DNA of 64,000 nucleotides from Promethearchaeota archaeon. GTDB lineage: Archaea > Asgardarchaeota > Lokiarchaeia > Sigyniarchaeales > SOKP01. The first letter of the stretch is position 1. Each line of letters starts with the position of its first letter. The stretch covers positions 1-64,000 of the forward strand of contig RDOA01000011.1 of NCBI GenBank assembly GCA_011364925.1, given 5' to 3'. A program made the translations under genes and the position numbers. The notes below the pieces were generated by a model. That model was given only the letters and a program-made list of their open reading frames with translations, was not told the DNA's origin and did no database searches. Shown piece by piece: positions 28,591 through 38,860 of this stretch.

Positions 28591-29252
28591 CGATTAATTA
28601 ATTTTTCAGAATTCTCTCTTTGATCAATTAAAAAATTAATGTATAATATTTTATTTTCAATCCCTTTTATATCAAAAAGGTTAGTATACTTAAATCTGTA
28701 TTTATTATCGACAATTCTAAATAAATTAAATGAAATCTGTGAGTTTTGGGGGAAAGAAAAAATAAAACAGTAATCCCCTAAATAGTTAAATTCATCTAAG
28801 TTTTTAATAAAAAATAACGAATTTTCCTCAGGAAATCCGTTAATAATTATTACTTTATCATAATTTAGATTAGAAACATTTTTTAAAATTGATTCATCCT
28901 TAACTACTCTTTTAACAAAGATTCCCGGAGTAGAGATATGGAAATTTTTAGATTTCGTATTCTCACTGGAATATATTTTAGCCAATGCTCTCTGTAACAG
29001 TAATGCTTGAGATCTCTCATCTGAGCCTAAGTATCTTAGAGAGATCCCTTCAAATTTAATTAAAATCTGAAACGAATCAATATAGATGTATAAATTATTA
29101 TTTTTTCTTATTGAATAGGAACAACAGAATGACTCTCGTATAATTGAGCAAATATTATAAATATCAAGAGGAGTTCTTCCTAAATCGATTGTGCGTTTGG
29201 AAAATTCAGAAATTTTATCAATTAATATTAAAAAGTTAACCAAACTTATCAA
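28587..29252 (-). CDS. TrmY-like tRNA pseudouridine-54 methyltransferase homolog (C-terminus divergent)
   Basis: SYSIRK, KFEG..LRYLGSDERS…LLQRAL, STPGIFV; lies next to srp54. Confidence 0.65.
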   Translation of the reverse strand: MISLVNFLILIDKISEFSKRTIDLGRTPLDIYNICSIIRESFCCSYSIRKNNNLYIYIDSFQILIKFEGISLRYLGSDERSQALLLQRALAKIYSSENTKSKNFHISTPGIFVKRVVKDESILKNVSNLNYDKVIIINGFPEENSLFFIKNLDEFNYLGDYCFIFSFPQNSQISFNLFRIVDNKYRFKYTNLFDIKGIENKILYINFLIDQRENSEKLINR

Positions 29253-29266
29253 TATGAATATTTAAT

Positions 29267-30643
29267 TTAAAAATTAAAATCTTTACCTAATTTGTCCATG
29301 AATTGAGCTCCAGCTTTTCCCATCCCAGGGAGACCCGGCATTCCCTTCCCTTTTTTTTGCATTTGAAGAGCCCTTTTCATAAATTTCTTCATTTGATTAT
29401 ATTGATCAAGCATTCTATTTATTGTGGTGTAGTCTGTGCCGCTTCCTATGGCAATTCTCCTTTTTCTGGTCTTTTTAATGATTTTTGGATCATCCTTTTC
29501 TTCTTGAGTCAGTGAATTTAAAACTACTTCCCATTTCTCTAGGTTTTTTTCAGCGTCATCGGTTAAAGCCTCGGGGATATTACCTCCTCCCATCATAGCT
29601 AAAATTTGTTTCATTTTACCAACCTTTTTTATGCTTTTTAGTTGAATATAAAGATCGTCCAATGTGAATTTACCTTTCATCATCCTTTTGACCAGATCTG
29701 GGTCTACATCTATTTCAGCTTCTTGTACTCGCTTAACTAGACCATCAAGATCAGGAACACCTAATAGCGTGCCCACAAAAGTAGTAGGATTAAATTCTTC
29801 GAAATCTTCTAACTTTTCACCTACTCCTATAAATCTTATCGATTGGTTAGTGGCAGCACAGGCTGAAAGAGCTCCTCCTCCTTTAGCTGTTCCATCCAAT
29901 TTAGTGACAATAATACTTCCAATATTTGTAGCCCTCGCAAACTCCTCTGCTTGTGGATATGCTTGTTGTCCAAGACTTCCATCGATTACTAAGATTACTT
30001 CGTTAGGCTTTAAGCTAGCTTCAATATTTTCCATTTCCTTCATTAATTCCTTTTCTTCCTTGTGTCGTCCTGCTGTATCAACTATGATAATGTCATACCC
30101 GTCATTCATCGCTTTTTTAGTTTCTCTAACAGCGAGTTTAATAGCATTTTTCTCATTTGGATTACCATAGCATGCAACACCAATTTGATTGGTCAATTGA
30201 ACAAGCTGTTCATACGCTCCCGGTCTCCATGTATCTGTTGTAACTGCTGCTACTTTGTATCCCTTACTTTTATAAAATCGCGATAGCTTTCCAACAGTTG
30301 TAGTTTTACCTGAACCTTGAATTCCGACAAGTAATATTATATTGCTCTTTCCAGGCTTTATTCTAATGGGAGCGGGTTTTCCCCCAATTGTTCTAACTAA
30401 TTCATCATGGACAAGTTTAATAACAAAATCCTTACGCCTTGCTCTTTTTAAATCAGTATTCATGGCATCCTTTTTAATATTTTCAGTCATCTGAAAAACA
30501 AGTTCAACTTTCACATCAGCGCTCAGTAAAGCTCTTTGTAAATCTTGAATAATTGCATTAATTACCTCCTTATCTATATTAGGCAACCCTCGCAACTTAC
30601 GCATTATTGTCTCTAAATCTTTCCCTAGTTTTTTGAAGACCAT
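29267..30643 (-). CDS. srp54: Signal recognition particle protein SRP54
   Basis: GIQGSGKTTT, DTAGRH, TKLDGTAKGGG, Met-rich M domain RIAIGSG. Confidence 0.97.
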   Translation of the reverse strand: MVFKKLGKDLETIMRKLRGLPNIDKEVINAIIQDLQRALLSADVKVELVFQMTENIKKDAMNTDLKRARRKDFVIKLVHDELVRTIGGKPAPIRIKPGKSNIILLVGIQGSGKTTTVGKLSRFYKSKGYKVAAVTTDTWRPGAYEQLVQLTNQIGVACYGNPNEKNAIKLAVRETKKAMNDGYDIIIVDTAGRHKEEKELMKEMENIEASLKPNEVILVIDGSLGQQAYPQAEEFARATNIGSIIVTKLDGTAKGGGALSACAATNQSIRFIGVGEKLEDFEEFNPTTFVGTLLGVPDLDGLVKRVQEAEIDVDPDLVKRMMKGKFTLDDLYIQLKSIKKVGKMKQILAMMGGGNIPEALTDDAEKNLEKWEVVLNSLTQEEKDDPKIIKKTRKRRIAIGSGTDYTTINRMLDQYNQMKKFMKRALQMQKKGKGMPGLPGMGKAGAQFMDKLGKDFNF

Positions 30644-30781
30644 AATTAACCGACTTTTTCATTAATGTTGTAATAATTAAAATAAACAAAAACTAATATT
30701 TTTTTTTAAATGATTATAATATTATATAAAAAAGAAATATGAAAATAAAAAATATTACTGATTAAATGGAGAAAATATAAT

Positions 30782-31210
30782 ATGTCAATTCGTAGAACTG
30801 AAATTCAAAAACTTAAAACGGGTCAATTTATAATGGTGGAAGATGAACCATGTGTCATTAAATCCACTGAACGATCTAAGAGTGGTAAGCATGGACATGC
30901 GAAAGTCAGAGTCGTATGTGTAGGTGTGTTCGACAATAACAAGCGATCTCTCACAATACCCTCTGGTCACATGTGCGAAATTCCTGAGATAATCAAAGGT
31001 ACAGCTCAAATTAATTTTATCGAAGATAATTCTATTAACATAATGGATTTAGAATCCTATGAGTCTGTAGATGTCAACTGGCCAGTAGAAGAAGAATTGA
31101 AAACTAAATTGAAGGAATTACAAGTAAATCCAAAAAAGATGTCTTTAGCTCAAGTGGAATATTGGCAACTTGCTGGGAAAACTTTGATTAATAGAGTTAT
31201 CGTAAATTAA
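30782..31210 (+). CDS. eif5a: Translation factor aIF5A
   Basis: SKSGKHGHAK hypusination motif. Confidence 0.96.
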   Translation: MSIRRTEIQKLKTGQFIMVEDEPCVIKSTERSKSGKHGHAKVRVVCVGVFDNNKRSLTIPSGHMCEIPEIIKGTAQINFIEDNSINIMDLESYESVDVNWPVEEELKTKLKELQVNPKKMSLAQVEYWQLAGKTLINRVIVN

Positions 31211-31312
31211 AAAAAAGCAAAAATTCTAGTCAAAAAAAAATCTTTTCTTAAATTTCTAAATTTTTAAAATGTAATATTCTTGAGAAAGATCTAAAGAAGC
31301 AGACTGAGACTT

Positions 31313-32239
31313 ATGGACAAAAAACCAGTTTCATTAGCTTGTAGAATGGATTCCGAAAAAGCTATTAAATTAACTAAAGAAATATTTGAATTTTTAGTGA
31401 AAAATGGCGAAGTTGTTCAAATGGAAACCCGAATAGCCCCTAAAATCTTTCCTCATAATGCTGTAGACTTAAAAGAAATGACAACTGATAATACTAAGTT
31501 TCTAATTTCCGTTGGTGGAGACGGAACCATCCTAAGAGTGGCAGGAAGTCTGCCAAATCGTAATGCACCGCCTATATTAGGGGTAAATATTGGATCAATC
31601 GGTTTTTTAGACGAATCAAATGAAAGAACTGTATTTAATGATATAATTCGTGTTTTAAAAGGGGAATATCTTATTGAAAAATGTTCCAAATTGGCCTCAT
31701 TTATTGTTAAAGATTCTGAAGAAATACGATTGGGTAATGCGTTAAATGAAATTTTAATTGTGTCATCAAAAAGCTCAAAAGTTCTTCTAGCCTCAGTTAA
31801 AGTTGATGGATGTTTTCTCAATCGCAGTTATCTAGATGGGATTATCATATCTACTTCTGTAGGCTCTACAGCTTACAATCTGAGTGCAGGAGGTGCGATC
31901 GTTAAGTCCACGATGGACTCTATGCAATTAACCCCCTTAAATAGCTTCGCTCGATCAGGTTTGAAACCATTAATACTTCCAATTGAGAGTGAACTTGAGA
32001 TCCAACTTCTTAGGCAGCGATTAAGCGCAAAAATTATCATAGATGGCCAAAGAACCTTAAAAGAAATCCATCCAAAGACTATTATTAGGATACGTAAAGC
32101 TAACTCTCACACAAGTTTTATACGTTTATCTAAAAGTATAAGCGATAATTATATTAGACGATTAAGAAAAAAAATATTAGGAACCCTTCGTGTTCCTCTT
32201 GATGATGCAGCTGAAGAAGAATTCAATTCTGGTTATTGA
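31313..32239 (+). CDS. nadK: NAD+ kinase
   Basis: GGDGT, GxIGFL, ALNE, DG..STxxGSTAYNLSAGG. Confidence 0.94.
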   Translation: MDKKPVSLACRMDSEKAIKLTKEIFEFLVKNGEVVQMETRIAPKIFPHNAVDLKEMTTDNTKFLISVGGDGTILRVAGSLPNRNAPPILGVNIGSIGFLDESNERTVFNDIIRVLKGEYLIEKCSKLASFIVKDSEEIRLGNALNEILIVSSKSSKVLLASVKVDGCFLNRSYLDGIIISTSVGSTAYNLSAGGAIVKSTMDSMQLTPLNSFARSGLKPLILPIESELEIQLLRQRLSAKIIIDGQRTLKEIHPKTIIRIRKANSHTSFIRLSKSISDNYIRRLRKKILGTLRVPLDDAAEEEFNSGY

Positions 32240-32756
32240 TACAAATATTTTTCTAACTGGAATAAATTTTAATTATTTTCAAGAAATACTATTTACCACG
32301 CCAGCGATAATCAACGAGACTCAAGTCGAAAAGTATAAAGAACAAAATAGAAATCTATTACAAAGAATTGAATTAGCCAAAGAACTAGGAAAACTAATTA
32401 TACAAAAACCTAAAGAATATTACATTCAATTAGTTGAAGAAAAATCTAAAATTACTGGAGATTGTAATGCGTTATCAAATAACGATCTCGAACTAATTGC
32501 ATTAGCTTTAGAGTTGAAAGAAAATAATAGTCAAGAAGTCATTCTTTATACAAACGACTACTCCATAGAAAATTTATGTAGTGAATTAAATATCAAATTC
32601 AAAACTTTATTTAAAAATGGGATAAAAAATAAGATATATTTTGAGGTATATTGCCCTTACTGCAATATAGTATATAGATCTGAAGATTTAAATAAAAATT
32701 GCGAAAGATGTGGGTTAAAACTCAAAAGGCGTTTTTCGAAAAAAGAAAAATTATAG
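32190..32756 (+). CDS. nob1: Nob1 rRNA-processing endonuclease (PIN + Zn ribbon)
   Basis: VIDTN, LSNND, TNDYSIEN, CPYC…CERCG. Confidence 0.88.
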   Translation: MFLLMMQLKKNSILVIDTNIFLTGINFNYFQEILFTTPAIINETQVEKYKEQNRNLLQRIELAKELGKLIIQKPKEYYIQLVEEKSKITGDCNALSNNDLELIALALELKENNSQEVILYTNDYSIENLCSELNIKFKTLFKNGIKNKIYFEVYCPYCNIVYRSEDLNKNCERCGLKLKRRFSKKEKL

Positions 32757-32816
32757 TGCAAAATATATAGGAAAAAAACCAAATTTATATTGAATTAAAA
32801 CATAAAAAGATAAACT

Positions 32817-33872
32817 ATGGGCATTAAAATTAACGAGTTAGTCAAAGATGTTAAGAGAACTATTACCTTTGAAAATCTTCTAAATAAATACATAGCAATC
32901 GATGCTTTTAATACCATTTATCAGTTTTTAGCAATCATTAGGCAAAGAGACGGCACTCCTTTAAAAGATTATAATGGAAATGTAACTTCTCATTTATCAG
33001 GATTATTCTACAGAACAATCAATTTTTTAGAGCATAATATTAAACCTATTTATGTATTTGACGGAATTCCTTCTGAATTAAAATTAGATACTATAAAGGA
33101 GCGGAGGAAAATCAAGGAAATTGCTAAGGAAAAAATGGTTATTGCTCAAGAGAACGAGGACTTTGGAGAAGCAAAAAAATTTGCTCAGATGACTTCAAAA
33201 TTAGATACTGAAATGATAGAAGAGAGTAAAAAGTTATTAAGTTATCTTGGGATACCAATTATTGAAGCTAGTTCTGAAGGTGAAGCTCAATCTGCTTTTC
33301 TTGTTGAAAAAGGGGATGCTTGGGCATGTGCATCCCAAGACTATGACACATTACTATTTGGAGGGGAAAGATTACTCCGGAATTTTGCTGTGAGCAGAAG
33401 TAAAAAAGTCAAAAACACTACGGTAACTCTCGATATAGAATATATCTCTTTGTCAAAATTTCTTGATAATCTAAAAATCACTCGAGAACAGTTAATAGAA
33501 ATGGGTTTATTAATTGGAACAGACTTTTTTCCCGGAATTAAAGGTATTGGGCAACACAAAGCTCTCGATCTAATTAAAAAGTATGGTTCTATAGAAAATA
33601 TTGTAAAAAACCATGTAAACATTGGAAATATTGAAATTGACATTGAAAAAGATATAATTGAACAAGTAAAAGATATCTTTTTAAACCCAGATATCAAAAA
33701 AGATTATCCAAAAATAATCTGGGAAAAAATAAATTACGATAAAGTTGAGGAATTACTGATTGAACAGCACAATTTCGCAAAACCGAGAGTCCAAAACGCA
33801 ATTGAACGGCTAAAGAAGCAAAACTCATCTAAAACCCAAGTTTCTATTGATAGTTTCTTCAAAAAAAATTAG
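32817..33872 (+). CDS. fen: Flap endonuclease 1
   Basis: DAFNTIYQFL, TSHLSGLFYR, EGEAQ, SQDYD, GTDF, PIP box QVSIDSFF. Confidence 0.97.
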   Translation: MGIKINELVKDVKRTITFENLLNKYIAIDAFNTIYQFLAIIRQRDGTPLKDYNGNVTSHLSGLFYRTINFLEHNIKPIYVFDGIPSELKLDTIKERRKIKEIAKEKMVIAQENEDFGEAKKFAQMTSKLDTEMIEESKKLLSYLGIPIIEASSEGEAQSAFLVEKGDAWACASQDYDTLLFGGERLLRNFAVSRSKKVKNTTVTLDIEYISLSKFLDNLKITREQLIEMGLLIGTDFFPGIKGIGQHKALDLIKKYGSIENIVKNHVNIGNIEIDIEKDIIEQVKDIFLNPDIKKDYPKIIWEKINYDKVEELLIEQHNFAKPRVQNAIERLKKQNSSKTQVSIDSFFKKN

Positions 33873-33956
33873 TTATTATTTTAAAAAAAGGAAAAATTTT
33901 TACAAACTTATTATTTCATATTTATATATAATTATATTTTATGTACTCGATCGAAA

Positions 33957-36179
33957 ATGTCCGCTAAAGAAAACGAAAAAAGGGATACGAACAGTAAAGT
34001 TATAGCTCTACGCGTACAAGAAGCTAAAAAGAGAGATATAGGGCGAAATATCGCTCGGATTGATCAAGAAGCTATGGAGGAATTAGACATTAAAACGGGT
34101 GACGTCATAGCCTTGATTGGAAAGAAGGAGAGCGCAGGGATTGCTTGGCCAAGTTATCCTCAAGATAGTGGCTTAGGGATAATTCGTATTGATTCTCGAT
34201 TAAAAAAAAATACAGGTACAAGCATAGATGAAACAATCCAAATTAGAAAAGTAACCGCATTAACTGCTCAAAACATTGTCTTAGCGCCTATTAGCGTAAA
34301 AATCAAATCAAACCCTCGATTTGAAACATTCGTGAAAAGGAAGCTACATAATTATCCAGTTACAATTGATGATTTTATTTATATTTCAATTGGTATTAGC
34401 AGAGAGATCACATTCAAAGTTAATAACATCAGACCTGGTGGAGTGTGTATAATTAAACCAGAAACAGCTCTGCACATTAGCGAACATATCACAGAAGATG
34501 AAGAAAGAGGTGCGGATTATGTTACCTACGAGGATGTTGGTGGTTTAGATCGAGAAATTCAAAGGGTAAGAGAAATGGTCGAGCTCCCCCTTAGACATCC
34601 CTCTTTATTTAAACGATTAGGAATTGATCCACCTAAAGGAGTATTGCTAAGAGGTCCACCTGGGTGCGGAAAAACATTATTAGCAAGAGCCGTTGCTAAT
34701 GAGAGCGAAGCATTTTTCATTTCAATTAATGGACCAGAAATTATGAGCAAATTCTATGGCGAATCTGAGAAAAAGCTTAGAAATATTTTTATAGACGCAG
34801 AAGAAAAAAGCCCTTCTATTATCTTCATAGATGAAATCGATGCAATTGCTCCGAAAAGAGAAACTGTTACTGGTGAAGTGGAACGAAGAGTTGTTGCCCA
34901 GCTATTAGCTCTAATGGATGGACTGCACAGTAGAGGGAGAGTAATTGTTATTGGGGCAACAAATAGACCTAATAGTTTAGATCCCGCATTAAGACGTCCA
35001 GGTAGATTCGATCGAGAAATAGAAATAAAAGTACCAAACGAAAAAGGGAGAAGGGAAATATTTCAAATTCATACTAGGAACATGCCTCTTGAGAAAATCT
35101 CTCTAAAAGAATTTGCTAACATCACTCACGGATTTGTGGGAGCTGATATTTCTGCAGTTTGTCGGGAAGCAGCAATGTCTGCACTTAGAAGATATCTACC
35201 CCAAATTGATTTGGAATCTGAAATAATTGATCCAGAATTGCTTGAGCAAATAAAAGTTACTAAAGATGATTTTGAAGAAGCTTTAAAGGAAGTCATGCCC
35301 TCTGGAATAAGAGAAGTATTTGTAGAAGTGCCAAATGTTACTTGGGATCAAATAGGTGGATTGGAAGATTTAAAACAAAAATTAATAGAGTCTGTCGATT
35401 GGCCCTTATCCCATCCAAACATTTTCGAACGTATGGGAATAACTCCTCCGAGGGGAATATTACTTTATGGTCCACCGGGATGCGGAAAAACGCTATTAGC
35501 TAGGGCAGTCGCTCATGAAAGCAAAGCAAATTTTATTTCAATCAAAGGTCCTGAATTGTTATCCAAATATGTGGGAGAAAGCGAAAAAGCTATTCGTGAA
35601 GTATTTCGAAAAGCAAAAATGGCTGCTCCTTGTATCATATTTTTTGATGAATTTGATTCAATAGCTCCAAGTAGGGGTAGATATACTACTGATTCAGGCG
35701 TCTCTGAAAAAGTATTGTCGCAATTCTTAACTGAATTAGACGGATTAGAAGTAAAAAAAGACATTATCGTAATAGCAGCAACAAACAGACCTGATATTTT
35801 AGATCCCGCTTTAATAAGACCTGGGAGGATAGATCGAATTTTACTAGTTCCCGCTCCTGACGATGCAGGAAGAGAAAAGATTTTACAGATCTTTACTAAG
35901 GATATGCCTTTAACAAGTAGCGTAGATATACTATCCTTAAATAAGAAGTTAGACGGCTACTCTGGAGCTGATATTGAAACATTATGTCGTGAAGCAGGAA
36001 TGATTGCCCTAAGAGAAAACATGAAAGCAAGAAAAATCTCGCGAGATCATTTTAAATTAGCTATGGAATCGATTAATCCAAGCATCAATCAAAAGATGAT
36101 TAAATTTTATGAAAGTTTTGGAAAAAAATTAAAAAATGTAATCATAAGTCAAACAAAAGAAGATCGAATGGTCATTTAA
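33957..36179 (+). CDS. cdc48: Cdc48/VCP/VAT AAA+ ATPase
   Basis: N domain plus two AAA modules (GPPGCGKT x2, FIDEID/FFDEFD, RPGR). Confidence 0.96.
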   Translation: MSAKENEKRDTNSKVIALRVQEAKKRDIGRNIARIDQEAMEELDIKTGDVIALIGKKESAGIAWPSYPQDSGLGIIRIDSRLKKNTGTSIDETIQIRKVTALTAQNIVLAPISVKIKSNPRFETFVKRKLHNYPVTIDDFIYISIGISREITFKVNNIRPGGVCIIKPETALHISEHITEDEERGADYVTYEDVGGLDREIQRVREMVELPLRHPSLFKRLGIDPPKGVLLRGPPGCGKTLLARAVANESEAFFISINGPEIMSKFYGESEKKLRNIFIDAEEKSPSIIFIDEIDAIAPKRETVTGEVERRVVAQLLALMDGLHSRGRVIVIGATNRPNSLDPALRRPGRFDREIEIKVPNEKGRREIFQIHTRNMPLEKISLKEFANITHGFVGADISAVCREAAMSALRRYLPQIDLESEIIDPELLEQIKVTKDDFEEALKEVMPSGIREVFVEVPNVTWDQIGGLEDLKQKLIESVDWPLSHPNIFERMGITPPRGILLYGPPGCGKTLLARAVAHESKANFISIKGPELLSKYVGESEKAIREVFRKAKMAAPCIIFFDEFDSIAPSRGRYTTDSGVSEKVLSQFLTELDGLEVKKDIIVIAATNRPDILDPALIRPGRIDRILLVPAPDDAGREKILQIFTKDMPLTSSVDILSLNKKLDGYSGADIETLCREAGMIALRENMKARKISRDHFKLAMESINPSINQKMIKFYESFGKKLKNVIISQTKEDRMVI

Positions 36180-36250
36180 TATTCATAAAATTAATTTGGG
36201 AGTAATTATTTCTGATCCTTGAATATATTTTTAATCTTTACTTAATTGAT

Positions 36251-36256
36251 AGGTGA
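36251..36256 (+). promoter_or_regulatory. Shine-Dalgarno-like AGGTGA upstream of a putative ATT/ATC start
   Basis: AGGTGA lies 3-6 nt before ATT(36260)/ATC(36263). Confidence 0.5.
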
Positions 36257-36259
36257 AAA

Positions 36260-36535
36260 ATTATCGAATCACAAAGATGGAATCAAAAACCTATAGTTAA
36301 TTCTTTAATCGATATATTAATCAAAAATAAAGGAGAAATATTAGATAAACGATTGGAAGAACTACTTAGAAAAGAATTTCCCTACATAAATCCATTGATG
36401 CTAGAGGAATTACTAATGAAGTTAGAAAGCAGAAGCATAATCAATGTTTTTCGAGTTTCTAAAACGAAAAAAATGATTGTACTTAACAAAAGAAATCAAG
36501 AGATTAAACCAGAAGTTATGGAAGAGCTAAACTAA
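36260..36535 (+). CDS. Small winged-helix-like protein downstream of cdc48
   Basis: The frame is open from 36257 (KIIESQRWNQKPIVNSLIDILIKNKGEILDKRLEE…LMKLESRSIINV). The ORF track calls only 36353-36535. Confidence 0.7.
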   Translation: MIESQRWNQKPIVNSLIDILIKNKGEILDKRLEELLRKEFPYINPLMLEELLMKLESRSIINVFRVSKTKKMIVLNKRNQEIKPEVMEELN

Positions 36536-38053
36536 TTTAAGTTTCTTCCAATTTATACATTCTTGCGATAAACATATATTTTCAGACTTAGATTTGAATC
36601 TTCGTTCCCTGATGTCAACAAATATGGGATAATTTACTGCGTTTCCCATTACTAACATCTCTCCTACGCTTAGACTTGATATCATGTCAGCGTAATCTTT
36701 GGTAATAGTCTCCGAACTATCCATCAAATGTTTTAAATCGTAGGGATTTTTAATATTAAGAATTAATTTAGAATTTGTCTGAGAAAGAGCTGTAGTACTT
36801 AACTTTTTAGGCCTCTGGCTTATTAAGCATAAACAAGCCATGAATTTTCGTCCTTCTCTAGCAATAGTTTCAATAATGTATTTTGATAATGCTTTAGAAT
36901 GAGCTGCTTCTGGGCAGAACTGGTGTGCCTCTTCTACTATTAGTAAGAATGGCGGAATTTCGTTATTTCTTCTTAAATAAAATAACTGATTACAAATATA
37001 ATCAACAATTATCTGTTTTTTACGTATTGAAATTTCTTTTTGAAGATTAAAAATAGAGATTTCACCCTGGTTTACAATATTCTTAATGTTTGGGTTCTCT
37101 TGAGGTCCAAAAAGATTGAGTCGTTCTAAATCGGAGAGCCATCCAATTAATGCTTGGTTTGTACTTTTTCCTCCCTCTGGTTCTTTCTCAATTAATTCTA
37201 TAATGCTGCTTAAAGTAAAATTTCTCTTCGTTTCATCGCTTTTTCTCAATTTTTTAATATATTTAGACAATTCTCTTATCTGAACATTGGAAATCTGCTC
37301 TTGATATTTCTTGTATGCAACGGCATTCAAATGGGGTACGGAAATTTGAAAATATGATGTATCGATTAACTTTATTTTTTTCTTAAAGCTTGGTACAGAG
37401 TTTAAATACTGATATTCTCCATGAACATCAATTAATATAATCGCAGGAGTTCCTGAGTCTTCCTTCCTTGACAATAATTCTTCAATAATAACTGATGTAA
37501 GGTAACTTTTTCCGCCTCCCGAAATTGAAAGAATCGCAAAATGTTTATTTAGAAGGCGATCCATGTTAATACAAGCATCTAGATTTGATACCTTTACCTT
37601 ACCCAAATTTAACCCATACTTTTCATCAAGACCTACAAAATCCTTAAGAATATCATCTTCAACTAAATACACTTCTTTTCCTGGACTTGCAGGATACATC
37701 ATCCTTTTAATTGTCTTAATTTCAGATTCATCAGAATCTGTGAATTCTATAATCCCTAAGTTTCGAACAATTGCTACAGCGTATTCAAAATCCTCGCTCG
37801 GAAATAACCCTTTAAGAATATTTGGATTGTTTTCGTTGTTGTAAGCCTTGATTGTTAAAGCGTCTGAAAAATATTCGTTTAACAGCACGATTTTCTCGAC
37901 GATCCCAATCAAAAATCCTTCAATTGATTTTGTAAACACAAATAACCCTTTTCTGACAAGCAATCCATTTGTTCGCTTGTTTATTACAAAGGGATATTTC
38001 AAAACATCAGGTAATTGAAGAAAATTGAACACAATTCCAAGTTTTATTGACAT
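36527..38053 (-). CDS. HerA/DUF87-family ATPase
   Basis: KHFAILSISGGGKS, DVHGEY, VEEAH, REGRKF, SQRP. Confidence 0.9.
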   Translation of the reverse strand: MSIKLGIVFNFLQLPDVLKYPFVINKRTNGLLVRKGLFVFTKSIEGFLIGIVEKIVLLNEYFSDALTIKAYNNENNPNILKGLFPSEDFEYAVAIVRNLGIIEFTDSDESEIKTIKRMMYPASPGKEVYLVEDDILKDFVGLDEKYGLNLGKVKVSNLDACINMDRLLNKHFAILSISGGGKSYLTSVIIEELLSRKEDSGTPAIILIDVHGEYQYLNSVPSFKKKIKLIDTSYFQISVPHLNAVAYKKYQEQISNVQIRELSKYIKKLRKSDETKRNFTLSSIIELIEKEPEGGKSTNQALIGWLSDLERLNLFGPQENPNIKNIVNQGEISIFNLQKEISIRKKQIIVDYICNQLFYLRRNNEIPPFLLIVEEAHQFCPEAAHSKALSKYIIETIAREGRKFMACLCLISQRPKKLSTTALSQTNSKLILNIKNPYDLKHLMDSSETITKDYADMISSLSVGEMLVMGNAVNYPIFVDIRERRFKSKSENICLSQECINWKKLKLV

Positions 38054-38154
38054 TGATTTAGATAAGAATGGAAATTAATAAAAATAAGATAAGTGATAGA
38101 AATTACTGATTTTAAAGGAAAGTAAAATGTAAAAATAATAGGGGAAAAAATATT

Positions 38155-38766
38155 CTATTTTTCTAATTTTCCCATTATCCTTAGAATTACATAATATCCA
38201 TTTTTCCAAAAGTAGATCATAAATAATGTAACTGCTAAAACTGCAAATAGCGAAACTCCAGCAAATAAAATCCAGTTTCCGGTCAAAAATGAAGCAAAAA
38301 ATATTGATAAAGGTGAATCTGGGTCAGGAGAAACTAAAATCTCTTGAATTATTGAAATTACAACACCGATTAGAATTGCCATAATACTTATTAACAATCC
38401 ACCAGCTGCGATTTTAACATCTATGCGATTTTTGTACTTTTCTTCGATTTCTCTCACATTAAAAATGAAATGTAGCACCCATTTTCTCCCTTTTTTAAAT
38501 AATCCAAAGAAGAATATCAAAAGAAAAAACAATACTGCCAGTATCCCTGCGATTATTGCGATCTGATAACCTAGGGTTAAAGTTAAGAATGCGTTTAGCT
38601 TCCCAGTAGGCATTAAGAAATCGAATATTGACCAGATTCCCCCTGTAATACATGTTAAGCAAGCAAGAACGATAAGAATGTAAAATATATTCCCTATTAC
38701 TTTTTGGTTTGAAGTATAAACTTTTTCAGAACTTGAATATGGTACTGTTTGTTCCATTTTTTTCAC
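38155..38766 (-). CDS. 4-TM membrane protein with twofold internal repeat
   Basis: Four hydrophobic segments; LGYQIAIIAG…FKKG matches TGNWILFAG…WKNG. Confidence 0.7.
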   Translation of the reverse strand: MKKMEQTVPYSSSEKVYTSNQKVIGNIFYILIVLACLTCITGGIWSIFDFLMPTGKLNAFLTLTLGYQIAIIAGILAVLFFLLIFFFGLFKKGRKWVLHFIFNVREIEEKYKNRIDVKIAAGGLLISIMAILIGVVISIIQEILVSPDPDSPLSIFFASFLTGNWILFAGVSLFAVLAVTLFMIYFWKNGYYVILRIMGKLEK

Positions 38767-38860
38767 TAATCTGTTTTATTTAAAAAATTTATAACATTTT
38801 AAATATATAAAATTGAGTATTATAGCTAAGATTTAAAAAAAACAAAAAAAAAAAAATTCT

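Noticed and set aside
29664-30170. 168-aa ORF antisense to srp54, and the many other 60-145 aa antisense or alternate-frame ORFs
   Set aside because: They are nested in well-conserved genes, mostly with Ser/Ile/Phe-rich antisense composition and no motifs.
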